A stretch of DNA of 64,000 bases from an uncultured Gemmatimonadales bacterium (GCA_963798085.1 CAWCRS010000005.1:384001-448000), one strand, 5' to 3'; counted from the first letter of the stretch, positions 23,776 through 35,212 are shown. Made by a program: numbers and translations. Notes: a model not told the origin generated them from the sequence alone.

Positions 23776-25150
23776 CGGAGGCCACCACTCCCCCGCCCCG
23801 CTGCAGCGAGCCGCTCAGGCCGATCACGTGGCTCCCGCCGCGGCCTTTCATTGCGTTGCGCGGATCCACGACCGGGCAGTCGGCCGCCGCAATCAGGTCG
23901 TAGTCGACGATGCTGTGGTTCGTGATGATCACGACGCAGTCGGTCTCGCCCAGGACTTCCCGTGTCAGGGGCGTGCTGTTTCGCTCCTCGCCCTCTTCGC
24001 GAATCTCCGCCACCAGCGGATCGTGATAACGCACCATTGCGCCCCTGGCCTCGAGCAGGCGCATCACGTCCAGCGCCGGGCTCTCCCGCAGATCATCCAC
24101 GTCGCGCTTGTACGCGACACCCACGATCAGGATGCGGCTGCCGTTCACCGGCTTGCGCTCCGTGTTCAGTGCATCCTGCACCTTGTCCACGACGTATCGC
24201 GGCATCTCGCTGTTGACTTCGCTGGCCAGGTCGATGAGCCGGGTCTTGTAATTGAGTGTTCGCATCTTCCACGCGAGATACAGCGGATCGAGCGGAATGC
24301 AGTGGCCACCAATGCCGGGGCCGGGCTCGAAGCGCATGAAGCCGAACGGCTTGCTGGCCGCCGCATCGATCACCTCGAACACATCCACACCCAGCCGGTC
24401 GGAGACCTGCGCCATTTCGTTCACCAGAGCGATGTTCACTGCGCGAAAGGTGTTCTCCAGCAGTTTCGCCAGCTCCGCCGCCTCGGTTGAAGATACCGTG
24501 ACGACCCGCTCCATGACCTGGCCGTAGAAGGCCGTACCCGCCTGTGTGCAGGCCGCCGTGATCCCGCCAATCACCTTGGGTGTGTTGCGCACCGCCCAGC
24601 GCGCATTGCCCGGATCCACGCGCTCCGGGCTGAAACAGAGGAAAAAGTCGCGACCCGCACGCAGGCCTGCGGCTTCCAGCCGCGGCTGCACCAGCTCGCG
24701 CGTCGTGCCCGGATACGTCGTGCTCTCCAAAATGATCAGCTGGCCCGGTCGCAACGCTGCCGCCACCGCCTCGGTGGCGGCCAGCACGTAGCTGACGTCC
24801 GGGTCGCGTGTCTTCGAGAGCGGCGTCGGCACGCATATGGAGACCGTATCGCACCCGCCCAGCTGCGCGGCATCGGTCGTGGCCCCGAGCCGGCCGGCGC
24901 GCACCAGCGGCGCCAGCACTGCGTCGGTGACATCGCCGATGTGCGAGCGGCCGGCATTCACATCATCGACCACGCGACTCGATACATCGTAACCTGTCAC
25001 CGCAAAACCCTGGCTCGCGATTTCCACCGCCAGCGGCAGGCCGACATAACCCAGTCCGATGACGCCGCAGCGCGCCTCCCGCCGCGCTATGCGCTGCAGC
25101 AGCGCGTCGAGCACAGCGCCATCCATGGCTTGCATCCCGACATTGTTCAT
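23768..25150 (-). CDS. Nucleotide-sugar dehydrogenase (UDP-GlcNAc/ManNAc 6-dehydrogenase-like)
   Basis: GLGYVGLP, ESTTYPGTT, SPERVDPG, GGHCIPLDP, DLRESP. Confidence 0.9.
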   Translation of the reverse strand: MNNVGMQAMDGAVLDALLQRIARREARCGVIGLGYVGLPLAVEIASQGFAVTGYDVSSRVVDDVNAGRSHIGDVTDAVLAPLVRAGRLGATTDAAQLGGCDTVSICVPTPLSKTRDPDVSYVLAATEAVAAALRPGQLIILESTTYPGTTRELVQPRLEAAGLRAGRDFFLCFSPERVDPGNARWAVRNTPKVIGGITAACTQAGTAFYGQVMERVVTVSSTEAAELAKLLENTFRAVNIALVNEMAQVSDRLGVDVFEVIDAAASKPFGFMRFEPGPGIGGHCIPLDPLYLAWKMRTLNYKTRLIDLASEVNSEMPRYVVDKVQDALNTERKPVNGSRILIVGVAYKRDVDDLRESPALDVMRLLEARGAMVRYHDPLVAEIREEGEERNSTPLTREVLGETDCVVIITNHSIVDYDLIAAADCPVVDPRNAMKGRGGSHVIGLSGSLQRGGGVVASVA

Positions 25151-25184
25151 GGTGATCCCCAGGGCTCCCGGGTCAGCCTGGCGC

Positions 25185-26423
25185 TCAGGCTTCCGTGGTC
25201 AGCTCGGCCACAGCGCCAGCATCCTCGTGTGGACGTCCGCGTATCGGCGGGAACAGAACGCGCAGCACGGGCGGTGTGATCAGTGTGGTTACCATGACCA
25301 TCATGGTAATCGCGCTGAAGATGCCGGTATCGAGCGCTCCCGTGGCCAACCCCATCTGCGCGAAAATCAGCCCCACTTCGCCGCGCGGGATCATGCCCAC
25401 GCCGACTACCAGCTTGTTACCCCGCATCCAGAATGGCGCCAGACCGGCGAGCACCTTGCCCAGTATCGCCACCACGATCAGGGCGCCGCCCACCAGGGCA
25501 ATGCGCGGCTCCGCGAAGGATCGCACATCGACCGATGCACCCACCGACACGAAGAAGATGGGAACGAAGAACATGCCCAGGTGCAGCACGCCGTGTTCCA
25601 CGGTACGTGCGTGGCGCGTCGGCGCCAGCGTGAGTCCGGCCGCGAAGGCGCCAATGATCAGCGCCGACCCCGCTTCGAAGGCCAGGAAGCACACCGTGAA
25701 CGCCAGCGCGATGGCCATGCTGGCCAGCGTCTCTTCCCGCCCCAGACGGGCCAGCAGATCGAAGAGGCGAGGCACGAGCATGCGCCCGAGCACGACGGTG
25801 ATGGCCACGAAGCCGAAGGCGGACAGTGTGGTGGTTGCGATCCCGTGCGCGGTCAGCTGCGCGCCCTCCACCACCTGATCCACCACCGCAAGAATGACGA
25901 GTCCGATGATGTCGTCGATCACCGCCGCGCCCAGCACCACCTGGCTCTCCGGATCATGCAGACGGCCGAGATCCGAGAGAACGCGTGCCGTAATGCCCAC
26001 CAATGTGGCCGTTAGCGCCGCGCCTGCGACGACGGCGGGCAGCTGCGCGAGTCCCAGTGCGCGCGACACGAAATAGCCGCCTGTGAATGGCAGCAGCACA
26101 CCCACAATGGCCACGGTCGTGGAGGTGAGGCCCACACGCAGCAGGCGGCTCAGATCGGTTTCCAGCCCGATCTGGAACAGCAGGAGAATGACGCCGATCT
26201 CGGCTAACAGGTGGATCACGGGGTCGTGCGGATCCACCACGCCCAGCAGCGAGCTGCCCAGCAGCACGCCCGCCAGCAGCTCGCCCAGCACCGCGGGCTG
26301 CCCCACGCGCTCCGCCACTTCGCCCAGCAGTTTTGCCGAAACCAGTATGGCAATGAGCGCCAACAGCAGGTGCGGCACGGTGGTGTCCGCCGCTCGCGCG
26401 AGCAGCGTTGCGTCGCTCAGCAT
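25185..26423 (-). CDS. Cation:proton antiporter (CPA2 family)
   Basis: Multi-TM protein with AAVIDD and GMIPRGEVG motifs. Confidence 0.9.
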   Translation of the reverse strand: MLSDATLLARAADTTVPHLLLALIAILVSAKLLGEVAERVGQPAVLGELLAGVLLGSSLLGVVDPHDPVIHLLAEIGVILLLFQIGLETDLSRLLRVGLTSTTVAIVGVLLPFTGGYFVSRALGLAQLPAVVAGAALTATLVGITARVLSDLGRLHDPESQVVLGAAVIDDIIGLVILAVVDQVVEGAQLTAHGIATTTLSAFGFVAITVVLGRMLVPRLFDLLARLGREETLASMAIALAFTVCFLAFEAGSALIIGAFAAGLTLAPTRHARTVEHGVLHLGMFFVPIFFVSVGASVDVRSFAEPRIALVGGALIVVAILGKVLAGLAPFWMRGNKLVVGVGMIPRGEVGLIFAQMGLATGALDTGIFSAITMMVMVTTLITPPVLRVLFPPIRGRPHEDAGAVAELTTEA

Positions 26424-26496
26424 GATGCCGCTACGAGTCGCGACCGCGTCTGTCTTCGTGGCGCATGCGGATACGCACCCCCGTCGACCGGCCCGC

Positions 26497-26531
26497 TAAC
26501 AAACGAGCCCGGCACAATCGGGCCGGGCTCG
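26497..26531 (-). terminator. Probable intrinsic terminator after rpmB
   Basis: 10-bp stem cgagcccggc/gccgggctcg followed by TTTGTT on the minus strand. Confidence 0.6.
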
Positions 26532-26561
26532 ACGAGCACACTCCGTTCAACCATGGCCGCT

Positions 26562-26756
26562 TCAGCCGGCCTTGCGGATCTTCCCCGCGGACAGGCAACG
26601 CGTGCAGACGCGCACGTGGCGCCGCTCACCTTCCGCCGTAATGATGCGCACCCGCCGCAGGTTCGCTTCCCAGCGCCGCCGCGTACGGTTGTTCGCGTGG
26701 CTGACATTGTTGCCGAATGTCGTGCCCTTGTTGCAAACGTGACAGACGCGAGCCAT
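26562..26756 (-). CDS. rpmB: 50S ribosomal protein L28
   Basis: MARVCHVCNKGTTFGNNVSHANNRTRRRWEANL. Confidence 0.95.
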   Translation of the reverse strand: MARVCHVCNKGTTFGNNVSHANNRTRRRWEANLRRVRIITAEGERRHVRVCTRCLSAGKIRKAG

Positions 26757-26818
26757 CGCGATTCCTCCTTCGAAGCCGGCCTTCGCAATGCACAGGCCGG
26801 CTGACCCCTGCAATCCGG

Positions 26819-27301
26819 TTATGATCGGGCCGGGCGAATCTGCCGTGCCTCGATGAACGTCGTGCCGAATTCCATCTGCGCCCGCTGGCCCGCATCCTTG
26901 ATGGCGCCCGCCGTCTGCCATGCGTTCAGCACGGAATCCGTTTTCTCCAGCACCGTCCCCGTGATGTCCACCCGTGTCTGCACGGAGGGCGGCTTCGCGG
27001 CCAGCTCTGCCGACAGCTTCACGGGGAACGGCGTGCTGCGCGGGGGGAGCTCGACCCAGATGATGTCCGCGGACATCTGCTGCACCACGATCACGCCCTG
27101 CAGCTCGATCTCCTGCCCCCAGTAATGGTCGGTATTCTCCGAAAAATCCGCTGCCGCGACCGGCGTGGCTGCGGCCATCGGTGCGGCCTTCGCCGTGTCC
27201 GCCGACGCGCCTGCGCGATCGCCGGACCCACCGCAGGCCGCCAGCACCATCAGCAGCGTGCCCGACAGCACGCGCAGCCCCGCCGCAGTCTCGCGCATCA
27301 T
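26819..27301 (-). CDS. Hypothetical lipoprotein
   Basis: LAACGG lipobox, Ala-rich linker, beta-rich domain; codon pattern looks coding. Confidence 0.7.
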   Translation of the reverse strand: MMRETAAGLRVLSGTLLMVLAACGGSGDRAGASADTAKAAPMAAATPVAAADFSENTDHYWGQEIELQGVIVVQQMSADIIWVELPPRSTPFPVKLSAELAAKPPSVQTRVDITGTVLEKTDSVLNAWQTAGAIKDAGQRAQMEFGTTFIEARQIRPARS

Positions 27302-27313
27302 GACACCGAATCC

Positions 27314-27667
27314 CTAGTCAACCAGCTCGATGATGGCGATCTCCGCCGCATCGCCACTGCGATGCCCGAGGTGCAGCACGCGCGTGTAACCGCCCGGCCG
27401 CTCCACGTAGCGCGGGCCGATCTCCGCGAACAGCTTCGTCAGCGCTTCGGCGTCCGTGATCTTGCGCGCGACCAGACGGCGTGCGTGCAGATCGCCGCGC
27501 TTCGCCTTCGTGATCAGCGGCTCCGCATACTGCCGCAGCTCCTTCGCCTTTGCCGTCGTGGTCTGCACGCGGCCGTGCAGGAACAGCGAAGTCGCCATGT
27601 TCCGCAGCATCGCCTTCCGGTGCTCCGCCGTGCGGTTGAAATAGCGGCCCTTCTTGCGATGGTGCAT
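27314..27667 (-). CDS. rplQ: 50S ribosomal protein L17
   Basis: HRKAMLRNM, RPGGYTR. Confidence 0.97.
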   Translation of the reverse strand: MHHRKKGRYFNRTAEHRKAMLRNMATSLFLHGRVQTTTAKAKELRQYAEPLITKAKRGDLHARRLVARKITDAEALTKLFAEIGPRYVERPGGYTRVLHLGHRSGDAAEIAIIELVD

Positions 27668-27668
27668 C

Positions 27669-28739
27669 TTATGATTCCTCTTCCGTCGTGCGCGGCACGC
27701 TCGCGCCGCCCGACCCGTCCGCGCCCTGCTCCTTCACCACGAACACTTCGCCATCCTCGCCTGCCTCCAGCTTCATGCCGAAGTGCAGATCGTGCTCCGA
27801 CAGGAACTGCCGGATTTCTTCCAGCGACTTGATGCCGAAGTTCTCGATGTTCAGCATCTGGTCTTCCGTGCGCTGCACCAGGTCGCCCAGGGTGATGATG
27901 TTCTCCTTCTTCAGCGAGTTGACAGAGCGCACGGACAGCTCGGCCAGCTCGTCGATCGGACGACGGAACAGGTCACGCATCTGCGCCGGCACCCGCACCG
28001 CGCCCGGCACCGGCGGCGCCGAGGCCGCGGGCTCCACGAAACGAAGCAGGTACGCCAGGTGCTTCCTCGCCAGCTCGGCCCCGTACGCCACGGCTGATTC
28101 CGGCGTGATGCTGCCGTTGGTCTCCACCAGCAGCGTCAGACGGTCGAAGTCCGTGCGCTGGCCGACGCGCGTCTCGTCCACCGTGAAATTCGCGCGCAGC
28201 ACCGGATTGTAGATTGCGTCCACCCGCACGAGGTCGACCGGTGCGTTCTTGGGCAGCGTGTGCGATTCCGCCGTCTTGAAGCCGCGACCCTTGTTCACGT
28301 ACAGCACCACGTTGATCTCGCGGTCATCCTGCAGCGTGAACAGGTGATGATCCTCGTTGAGCACACGCACCAGCGTGGAACGATCAATGGCGCGCGCCGA
28401 GACCGGGCCCGCCTTGGTCACGCGCAGCTCCAGCGTGGCCTCTTCCTTGGTCTCGTCCATCACCAGCACGAGGGTCTTCAGATTCTGAATGATCTGGTGC
28501 ACGTCCTCCACCACGCCCGCCACCGTCTGGTGTTCGTGCACCACGCCCTCCATGCGGAAGGCCCAGACTGCCGAACCCTGCAGCGAGGACAGCAGAATGC
28601 GACGCATGCTGTTGCCGAGCGTCTGGCCGAAACCGCGCTCCAGCGGCGCTACCACGAATTCCGCAGTGCGCCCGTCTTCCGTTTTCCGCACCGCTTCGAC
28701 GCGCTGCGGCAGTACCAACCCGGTCAGATCCAGCTCCAC
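27669..28739 (-). CDS. rpoA: RNA polymerase alpha subunit
   Basis: PLERGFGQTLGNSMRRILLSS, RVGQRTDFDRL, alpha-CTD LSVRSVNSL; GTG start. Confidence 0.96.
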   Translation of the reverse strand: MELDLTGLVLPQRVEAVRKTEDGRTAEFVVAPLERGFGQTLGNSMRRILLSSLQGSAVWAFRMEGVVHEHQTVAGVVEDVHQIIQNLKTLVLVMDETKEEATLELRVTKAGPVSARAIDRSTLVRVLNEDHHLFTLQDDREINVVLYVNKGRGFKTAESHTLPKNAPVDLVRVDAIYNPVLRANFTVDETRVGQRTDFDRLTLLVETNGSITPESAVAYGAELARKHLAYLLRFVEPAASAPPVPGAVRVPAQMRDLFRRPIDELAELSVRSVNSLKKENIITLGDLVQRTEDQMLNIENFGIKSLEEIRQFLSEHDLHFGMKLEAGEDGEVFVVKEQGADGSGGASVPRTTEEES

Positions 28740-28877
28740 GTTTTCCCTCCCGGGGTTAAGGCCGGCGATGTATCCATCACCAGCACGATATCCGCCATCC
28801 GGTACGTACAACCAGCTGTTGGAAGCGTGGGCCACAAGGCACACCGCTTCCCGCGGGCATTCGCCCGCGGCTTCCTG

Positions 28878-29514
28878 CTACTTCGAGTACAATTCGACGA
28901 TCAGCTGCTCCTGGACCGGCAGCGGGATGTCCGCCCGCGTCGGCCGCTCCAGCATGCGACCCGCGCGCGACTGCTCATCCACCGCCAGCCAGCGCACCAT
29001 CATGGGCCGCGTCTTGCGACTCCAGCGACGCCTGCACGGGCACCAGGTCCTTCGAGTCCGGGTGGATCCGTATCTCGTCGCCCTGCCGCACCGCGTAACT
29101 GGGAATGTCCACACTGCGCCCGTTCACCTGCACATGACGGTGCCGCACCAGCTGTCTCGCCTGCTTGCGGCTGCTGGCAAAGCCCAGCCGGTACACCACA
29201 TTGTCCAGACGGGACTCCAGGCCGATCAGCAGATTCTCGCCGGTCACACCCGTCTGCTTCAGCGCCCGCTCGAACAGCCCTTTGAAGTAATGCTCCGACA
29301 CGCCGTAGATGCGCTTCACCTTCTGCTTCTCGCGCAGCTGCGTCGAGTATTCGGAAGGCTTGCGTCGCCTCGCCTGCGGTGGGCCATGCTGGCCGGGAGC
29401 GTAATTACGCCGCTCGACCGGGCACTTCTCCGTATAACACTTCATTCCCTTGAGGAAGAGCTTCTGCCCTTCGCGGCGACACAGCTTGCAGACCGGACCG
29501 GTGTACCTTGCCAT
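28878..29514 (-). CDS. rpsD: 30S ribosomal protein S4 (frameshift near 29005)
   Basis: [33 protein letters not shown]. Confidence 0.95.
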
Positions 29515-29636
29515 GCGGACCGTCTCTTCTCCTGCGATCGGTGGTTTGCTGCGGGCTTCCTCCCGCCCGGACGGCCTGGCGGTTTACACCCTGAACTCCT
29601 CGTCTCCTTCCCGCGCCCCAGCCGCGCGGCTTCGCT

Positions 29637-30037
29637 CTAGACCCGCCGCTTCTTCGGCGGCCGGCAGCCATTGTGCGGGATCGGCGTGACGTCGCGGATC
29701 GAGCGGATCTGAGGCCCGGCCGAATGCCAGCGCCTGAATCGCCGATTCACGACCACTGCCCGGACCCTGCACGCGCACGTGCACGCGCTTCATGCCGAGA
29801 TTGAACGCCTCCCGGCCCGCCTGTTCCGCCGCGACCGTGGCCGCGAAGGGCGTCGACTTCTTCGAACCCTTGAAGCCGGCCTTGCCCGCGCTCGCCCACG
29901 GATCACGTGGCCCTCCATGTCCGATATCGTGACCAGCGTGTTGTTGAAGGTCGCCTTGATGTGCGCGATGCCTTCCGCTTCGACATGCCTGCTTCGACCG
30001 CTTCGGCCGGGCTGCCGCCTTTCTTCGGATTCGCCAT
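29637..30037 (-). CDS. rpsK: 30S ribosomal protein S11 (several indels)
   Basis: [38 protein letters not shown], recovered across frames. Confidence 0.9.
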
Positions 30038-30066
30038 TCGTTTGCCCTGTCTCCGGCATGCCCCGA

Positions 30067-30448
30067 TTACTTCTTCGGCGCCTTCTTCTTGCCCGCAATC
30101 GCGACCCGCTTGCCCTTCTGCGTGCGCGCATTCGTGTGCGTCCGCTGGCCTCGCACCGGCAGGCCGCGCCGATGCCGCAGCCCGCGATAGCAGCCGATGT
30201 CCATGAGCCGTTTCATGTTCATGGACGTCTCCGTACGCAGTGCGCCTTCCACCTTGTGCTGGTTCTCGATCACGCGGCGCAGCCGGTTCACTTCGTCGTC
30301 CGACAGATCGTGAACACGCCGTTCCGGATCGACGCCCGTCTGCTTCAGGATCCGCTGCGCCGTCGGAATCGCCGATCCCGAAAATGTAGGTGAGCGCGAT
30401 CTCGATCCGCTTGCTGCGTGGCAGATCAACGCCTGCGATACGCGCCAT
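30067..30448 (-). CDS. rpsM: 30S ribosomal protein S13 (frameshift near 30365)
   Basis: [32 protein letters not shown]. Confidence 0.95.
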
Positions 30449-30451
30449 GGG

Positions 30452-30568
30452 TTATCCCTGCCGCTGCTTGTGCCGCGGGTTCTTCTTGCAAATGATGCGG
30501 ACCACGCCCGCGCGTCGAATCACCCGGCAGTGTTCGCAGATCGGTTTCACGCTGCTTCGAACCTTCAT
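30452..30568 (-). CDS. rpmJ: 50S ribosomal protein L36
   Basis: Manual translation [38 protein letters not shown], with a GGAGG Shine-Dalgarno. Confidence 0.96.
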   Translation of the reverse strand: MKVRSSVKPICEHCRVIRRAGVVRIICKKNPRHKQRQG

Positions 30569-30596
30569 CAAACCTCCGGTTATTGAAGAGCTATAG

Positions 30597-30626
30597 AATA
30601 TACTGGCAGGGTTCGGATCCCATCAA
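30597..30626 (-). promoter_or_regulatory. Putative sigma70 promoter for the rpmJ-alpha operon
   Basis: TTGATG-N18-TATATT on the minus strand in an AT-rich patch just upstream of rpmJ. Confidence 0.5.
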
Positions 30627-30746
30627 CCCGTAACCCCGCCACCGCCGCTCCTTCCAGCTTTTCTATCACAGAGCCGGCGACGATGGGTTGCCATGGTTCC
30701 CGTCCCACCGCTGCCGTCGCGGCAGCTGTGCCTTGCCGGAGGCCGG

Positions 30747-31508
30747 CTACGTCCGCGTCAGGATGCGCGGACCGGCCTCGGTGACGGCGACCGTGTGCTC
30801 GAAATGGCCGCTCCGCATGCGTCCGCGGTCACGACGGTCCAGCGGTCGCGGAGCGTCCGTACCGTGCGGCGCCCTGGTTGACCATGGGCTCGATGGCGAT
30901 GACGAGGCCGGCGAGGAGGCGCAGGCCCGTGCCCTTGCGGCCGTAGTTCGGCACCTGCGGCTCCTCGTGCGGATCGCGACCGACGCCGTGGCCGACCAGC
31001 TCGCGCACCACGCTCATGCCGGCCGCTCTCGGCGACGCTCTGGATGGCCGCAGCCAATGTCGCCAATGCGGTTGCCGGGCCGGGCCTGCTCGATGCCGGC
31101 CTCGAGCGAGCTCGCGCGTGACATCGAGCAGGTCGCGGTCGCGCGGCTCGATGACGCCGACCGGGTACGTGACGGCGCTGATCGCGCACACCAGCCGTCG
31201 AGCCTGCACACCGGCATCGACACTGATGATGTCGCCTTCGCGCGAGGACACGGCGGTTCGACGGGATCCCGTGCACGACTTCCTCGTTGATCGAGGTGCA
31301 GAGGGATGCCGGGAATCCGTACAGGCCCTTGAACGACGGGGACGGCGCCCTCGTGGGAGCGGATGAAGTCTTCGGCAAACCGGTCGAGGTCCGCGGTCGA
31401 GACGCCCGGGTTCGATGCGCGGACGCGATGGCGTCGAACAGGCCGCCCGAGGATGGCGCCGGCCGCGGCCGATGGCATCGATCTCAGGTCCGTTCGCAGC
31501 GGAATCAT
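30747..31508 (-). CDS. map: Methionine aminopeptidase type I (many indels)
   Basis: Fragments [42 protein letters not shown] and IAIEPMVN; position after adk. Confidence 0.85.
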
Positions 31509-32164
31509 CGGTCCAGGAGCCTGCGTCAGCGCTGCGTCTGCACTTCCTCGACCTGCGGTCGCCCGTCGATGTAGTGCACCGGGACACCGCAGCTGCTCGA
31601 AGGTCGTCGAGCGACGGGAGCGGTCTGCTCGCGGTAAACCTGAAGGCGACGGCGGACCGTCTCCTCGCGATCGTCGTCGCGCTGCAGCGAGCGGCATGCC
31701 GCAGCGTGTCGCAGGCGTCCCGCCTGCCGGCGGATCCGGAGTAGCGATTGAAGACCGCGCCGCAGTTCGGGCAGTACAGTCGCCCGCCGAGACCGGCGGA
31801 CGAGTCACATCGTCATCGACGTCGAGGACGAGCACGGCGTCAATGCGGCGTTGCCCAGTTCGCGCGGCCAGGCGTCGAGCGCCTCGGCCTGCGCGCTGGT
31901 GCGCGGGAAGCCGTCGAAGATGAGTCCACCGCCGTTCTGCTGAGCCTGCATGACCTCCCGGACCATCCCAGGATCACGGTATCCGGAACCAGCTCGCCGG
32001 CATCCATGAAGACGCGCGCCTGGAGGCCGAGCGCGGTGCCCTTGCGCACCGCCTCGCGCAGCAGGTCGCCGGTCGAGAGGCGGACGAGGTCGAAGCGCTC
32101 GGCCGAGCAGCGGGCCCTGCGTGCCTTTGCCGGCGCCCGGCGGGCCGAAGAGAATGATGTTCAT
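31505..32164 (-). CDS. adk: Adenylate kinase (many indels)
   Basis: [29 protein letters not shown], Cys-containing lid. Confidence 0.85.
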
Positions 32165-32276
32165 GCGCCGTCGACGTCCCTGGCAACGAGAGGGGCCCGG
32201 GAGGCAACGCAGCCCCGCCCGCTCCGCGTCTCACGGCCGTGCCGGGCCGGCGCATCGCCCGACCGGATCGGCCCAC

Positions 32277-33610
32277 CTACATGTAGCGCTGGCGGCCACG
32301 GAAGCGGACACGGCCCTTCTTCATGAAGCCCTCGTAGTGGCGCAGCAGCAGGTGCTGCTGCATCTGCTGGACCGTGTCCAGACCGACACCGACGACGATC
32401 AGCAGCGACGTGCCGCCGAAGAAGAACGTCTGGATATTGAACCAGTTGAAGATCAAGAACGGCAGCAGCGCGATCAGCGAGAGATAGGCCGCGCCGGCGA
32501 CGGTGATGCGGCTCAGCACGTAGTCGATGTACTCGGCCGTGCGCGCGCCCGGCTTCACGCCCGGAATGAACGCGCCCTGCTTCTTCAGGTTCTCCGCGAG
32601 GTCGACCGGGTTGAAGATGATCGCCGTGTAGAAGTACGTGAAGAAGAAGATCAGGATCGCGTAGAGCACGACTGTACAGCCAGCCGCCCGGCTGCAGCGA
32701 TGTCCTGGATGTCGCTGCAGGAACGGGCATGCGCGTGAACGCCGCCAGTGTGCCCGGCACGATGATGATCGACTGCGCGAAAATGATCGGCATCACGCCC
32801 GCCGAATTGATGCGCAGCGGGATGAAGCTCTTCTGTCCTTCGCGAACCCGCCCGCGCCCATCACCTTGCGCGGGATCTGCACCGGGATCTTGCGCGCCGC
32901 CATGGTCATGGCCACGACGCCGCGCGATCACGCCGACGATCACGAGCACCGAGCACGATCAGTGCGATCGGCCCGATCACGCGGGTGCGGAACGTCTCCC
33001 ACGTGCGTCGCCACGCGCGGCCGGGAAGCTGTCCATGATCGAGAAGAAGATCAGCAGCGACATGCCGTTGCCGATGCCGCGATCCGTGATCTGCTCGCCG
33101 AGCCACATGACGAAGATCGCGCCCCGACCAGCGAGCAGCATCGTCGTGATCAGGATGAACGAGAAGCCGGGTCGCGATGACGGCCTGCGCCGTTGTTCAG
33201 GCTCTGGATGAACACCGCGTAGCCGTAACCCTGCAGCGCCGGCGAGGGCGACGGTCGCGTAGCGCGTCCACTGCGTCAGCTTCTTGCGCCCTCGTCGCCT
33301 TCCTTCTGCATCTTCTCGACGTCGGGAACACCGCGGCCAGCAGCTGAAACATGATGCTCGCCGAGATGTACGGCATGATGCCCAGTCCGAAGACCGTCGC
33401 GCGTGAGAGCGCGCCGCCCACGAACATGTCGAAGAGGCCGAGTGTCGTCCTCTGCGAGCTGGCCGAAGGCCGGCCTGCAGCGCGTCGTAGTCGACCGAAG
33501 GCACCGTGATGTGCGCCCCCGATGCGGTAGACCGCCAGCGCTAACAGCGTGAACAGGATTTTCTGCTTCAGCTCCGGGACCCGGAACAGATTGGGAATCG
33601 GGTTGCGCAT
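32277..33610 (-). CDS. secY: Preprotein translocase subunit SecY (many indels)
   Basis: [48 protein letters not shown]. Confidence 0.92.
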
Positions 33611-33612
33611 CG

Positions 33613-34065
33613 TCAGCTCCCGATCAGCTCGACGGTTCCGCCTGCGGCTTCGATCTTCGATTTCGCCGCTGGCGCTGGCCGCGTGCACGTGCACCGTCAC
33701 CTTGCGCTCGATGACGCCATTACCCAGCAGCTTGACGGGCATGCCGTTGCCCGCATCGATCGAGCGATGCGTCGTGGAGCAGCTCCAGCGTGATGTCGGT
33801 CTATCGGCCAGTGCGACCAGTCGGCGACGTTGATGACCTGGTACGCGGTGCGGAACGGGTTGCGGAAGCCGCGCTTGGGCACCCGCCGCTGCAGCGGCAT
33901 CTGGCCGCCTTCGAACCACGGGTGAATGCCGCCGCCGGTGCTCGCCTTGTGTCCCTTGTTGCCTTTGCCGCTCGTCTTGCCCAGTCCGGACCCCGGTCCG
34001 CGGCCCAGCCGCTTGCGCTCACGGTGCGCGTTCGCCGGCCGCGACAGGTTGCTGAGATCCGTCAT
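33613..34065 (-). CDS. rplO: 50S ribosomal protein L15 (indels)
   Basis: [41 protein letters not shown]. Confidence 0.92.
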
Positions 34066-34285
34066 TGGGCGCTCCCTCCTGCGACTTCATCCACCACGAG
34101 CATGATGGCTGAATCTGGAAGATCATCCCGCGAATCGCCGGGCTGTCCTCGTGCTCCACCGTCTGCTGATGCCGGCGCAGCCCGAGCGCTTCGAGAGTTG
34201 CGCGATGCTTGAGTGGCCGGCCGCTCCTGCTCCGGATCTGGGTGATGCGCAGCCGTGTGGGCTGCGCGTCGTCTTTGCTAGGCAC
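34062..34285 (-). CDS. rpmD: 50S ribosomal protein L30 (indel near the 3' end)
   Basis: LRITQIRS...[10 protein letters not shown]...AIRGMI. Confidence 0.88.
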
Positions 34286-34821
34286 GGCGCACCCCCAGAT
34301 TCTGCGACACTGATACCCCGCTCCGCGGCGACCCGCTCCGCTGTCACCATCTGCTCCAGGCCGTTCATCGTCGCCCGCGCCACGTTGATCGCATTGCTCG
34401 AGCCCAGGCTCTTGGTCAGCACATCGGTGAAGCCCGCCGCTTCCAGCACGGCGCGCACCGGTCCGCCCGCGATCACGCCTGTACCGGGGCCGGCCGGCCG
34501 GAGCAGCACCCGCGCCGCGCCGTGACGGCCCATCGCCTCGTGCGGCAGCGTGCCGCTGAGCACCGGCACATCCACCATGCTCGTGCGCGCCCGCTCTACG
34601 GCCTTGCGAATGGCCTCCGACACTTCGTTCGCCTTGCCCAGCGCGATGCCGACGTGGCCATCCTTGTCACCCACCGCGACGAGAGCGGTGAACGAGAAGC
34701 GTCGCCCACCCTTCACTACCTTGGCGACGCGATTCACGACAATCACGTTCTCCGCGAGATCGCTCTCGCCACGTGACCGCCGCGGAGACCGTGAGTCTTT
34801 CCCCTGCCGCTGATTATCCAT
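34278..34821 (-). CDS. rpsE: 30S ribosomal protein S5 (indel near the 3' end)
   Basis: [27 protein letters not shown]. Confidence 0.95.
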
Positions 34822-34834
34822 CGATCCGTTTCCC

Positions 34835-35212
34835 CTAGAACTCCAGCCCGCCTTCACGGGCGCCTTCGGCAAACGCCGCCACGCGACCGTGATACGCGTA
34901 ACCACCCCGATCGAACACGACCGCCGTGATGCCTGCGCTCTTCGCCTTCTCCGCCAGCATCCGGCCCGCGGTATGACTGAGCGACTTCTTCGAGCTGCCA
35001 TCCCCGGACTTGCGCAGGTCGCGCAGCTCGGGCGCCAGCGTCGAGATGCCCATCAGGACCTTGCCACTGGCATCATCGGCAATGTGTCCCTGCATGTTCT
35101 TCAGCGACCGGTGCACCACCAGGCGAGGTCGCTCGGCGGTGCCCTGTATGCGACGGCGCACCCGACGGTGCCGGCGCTTCAGCTGCGTTTCGCGGTCTCT
35201 CGATTTCGACAT
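34835..35212 (-). CDS. rplR: 50S ribosomal protein L18
   Basis: [22 protein letters not shown]. Confidence 0.97.
   Translation of the reverse strand: MSKSRDRETQLKRRHRRVRRRIQGTAERPRLVVHRSLKNMQGHIADDASGKVLMGISTLAPELRDLRKSGDGSSKKSLSHTAGRMLAEKAKSAGITAVVFDRGGYAYHGRVAAFAEGAREGGLEF

Noticed and set aside
28990..34300. Dense frameshifts in rpsD, rpsK, rpsM, map, adk, secY, rplO, rpmD and rpsE (pseudogenes or programmed frameshifting?)
   Set aside because: These are essential genes with motifs intact across frames. The indels cluster in one stretch and show no consistent slippery sites, which fits low-coverage long-read consensus errors.
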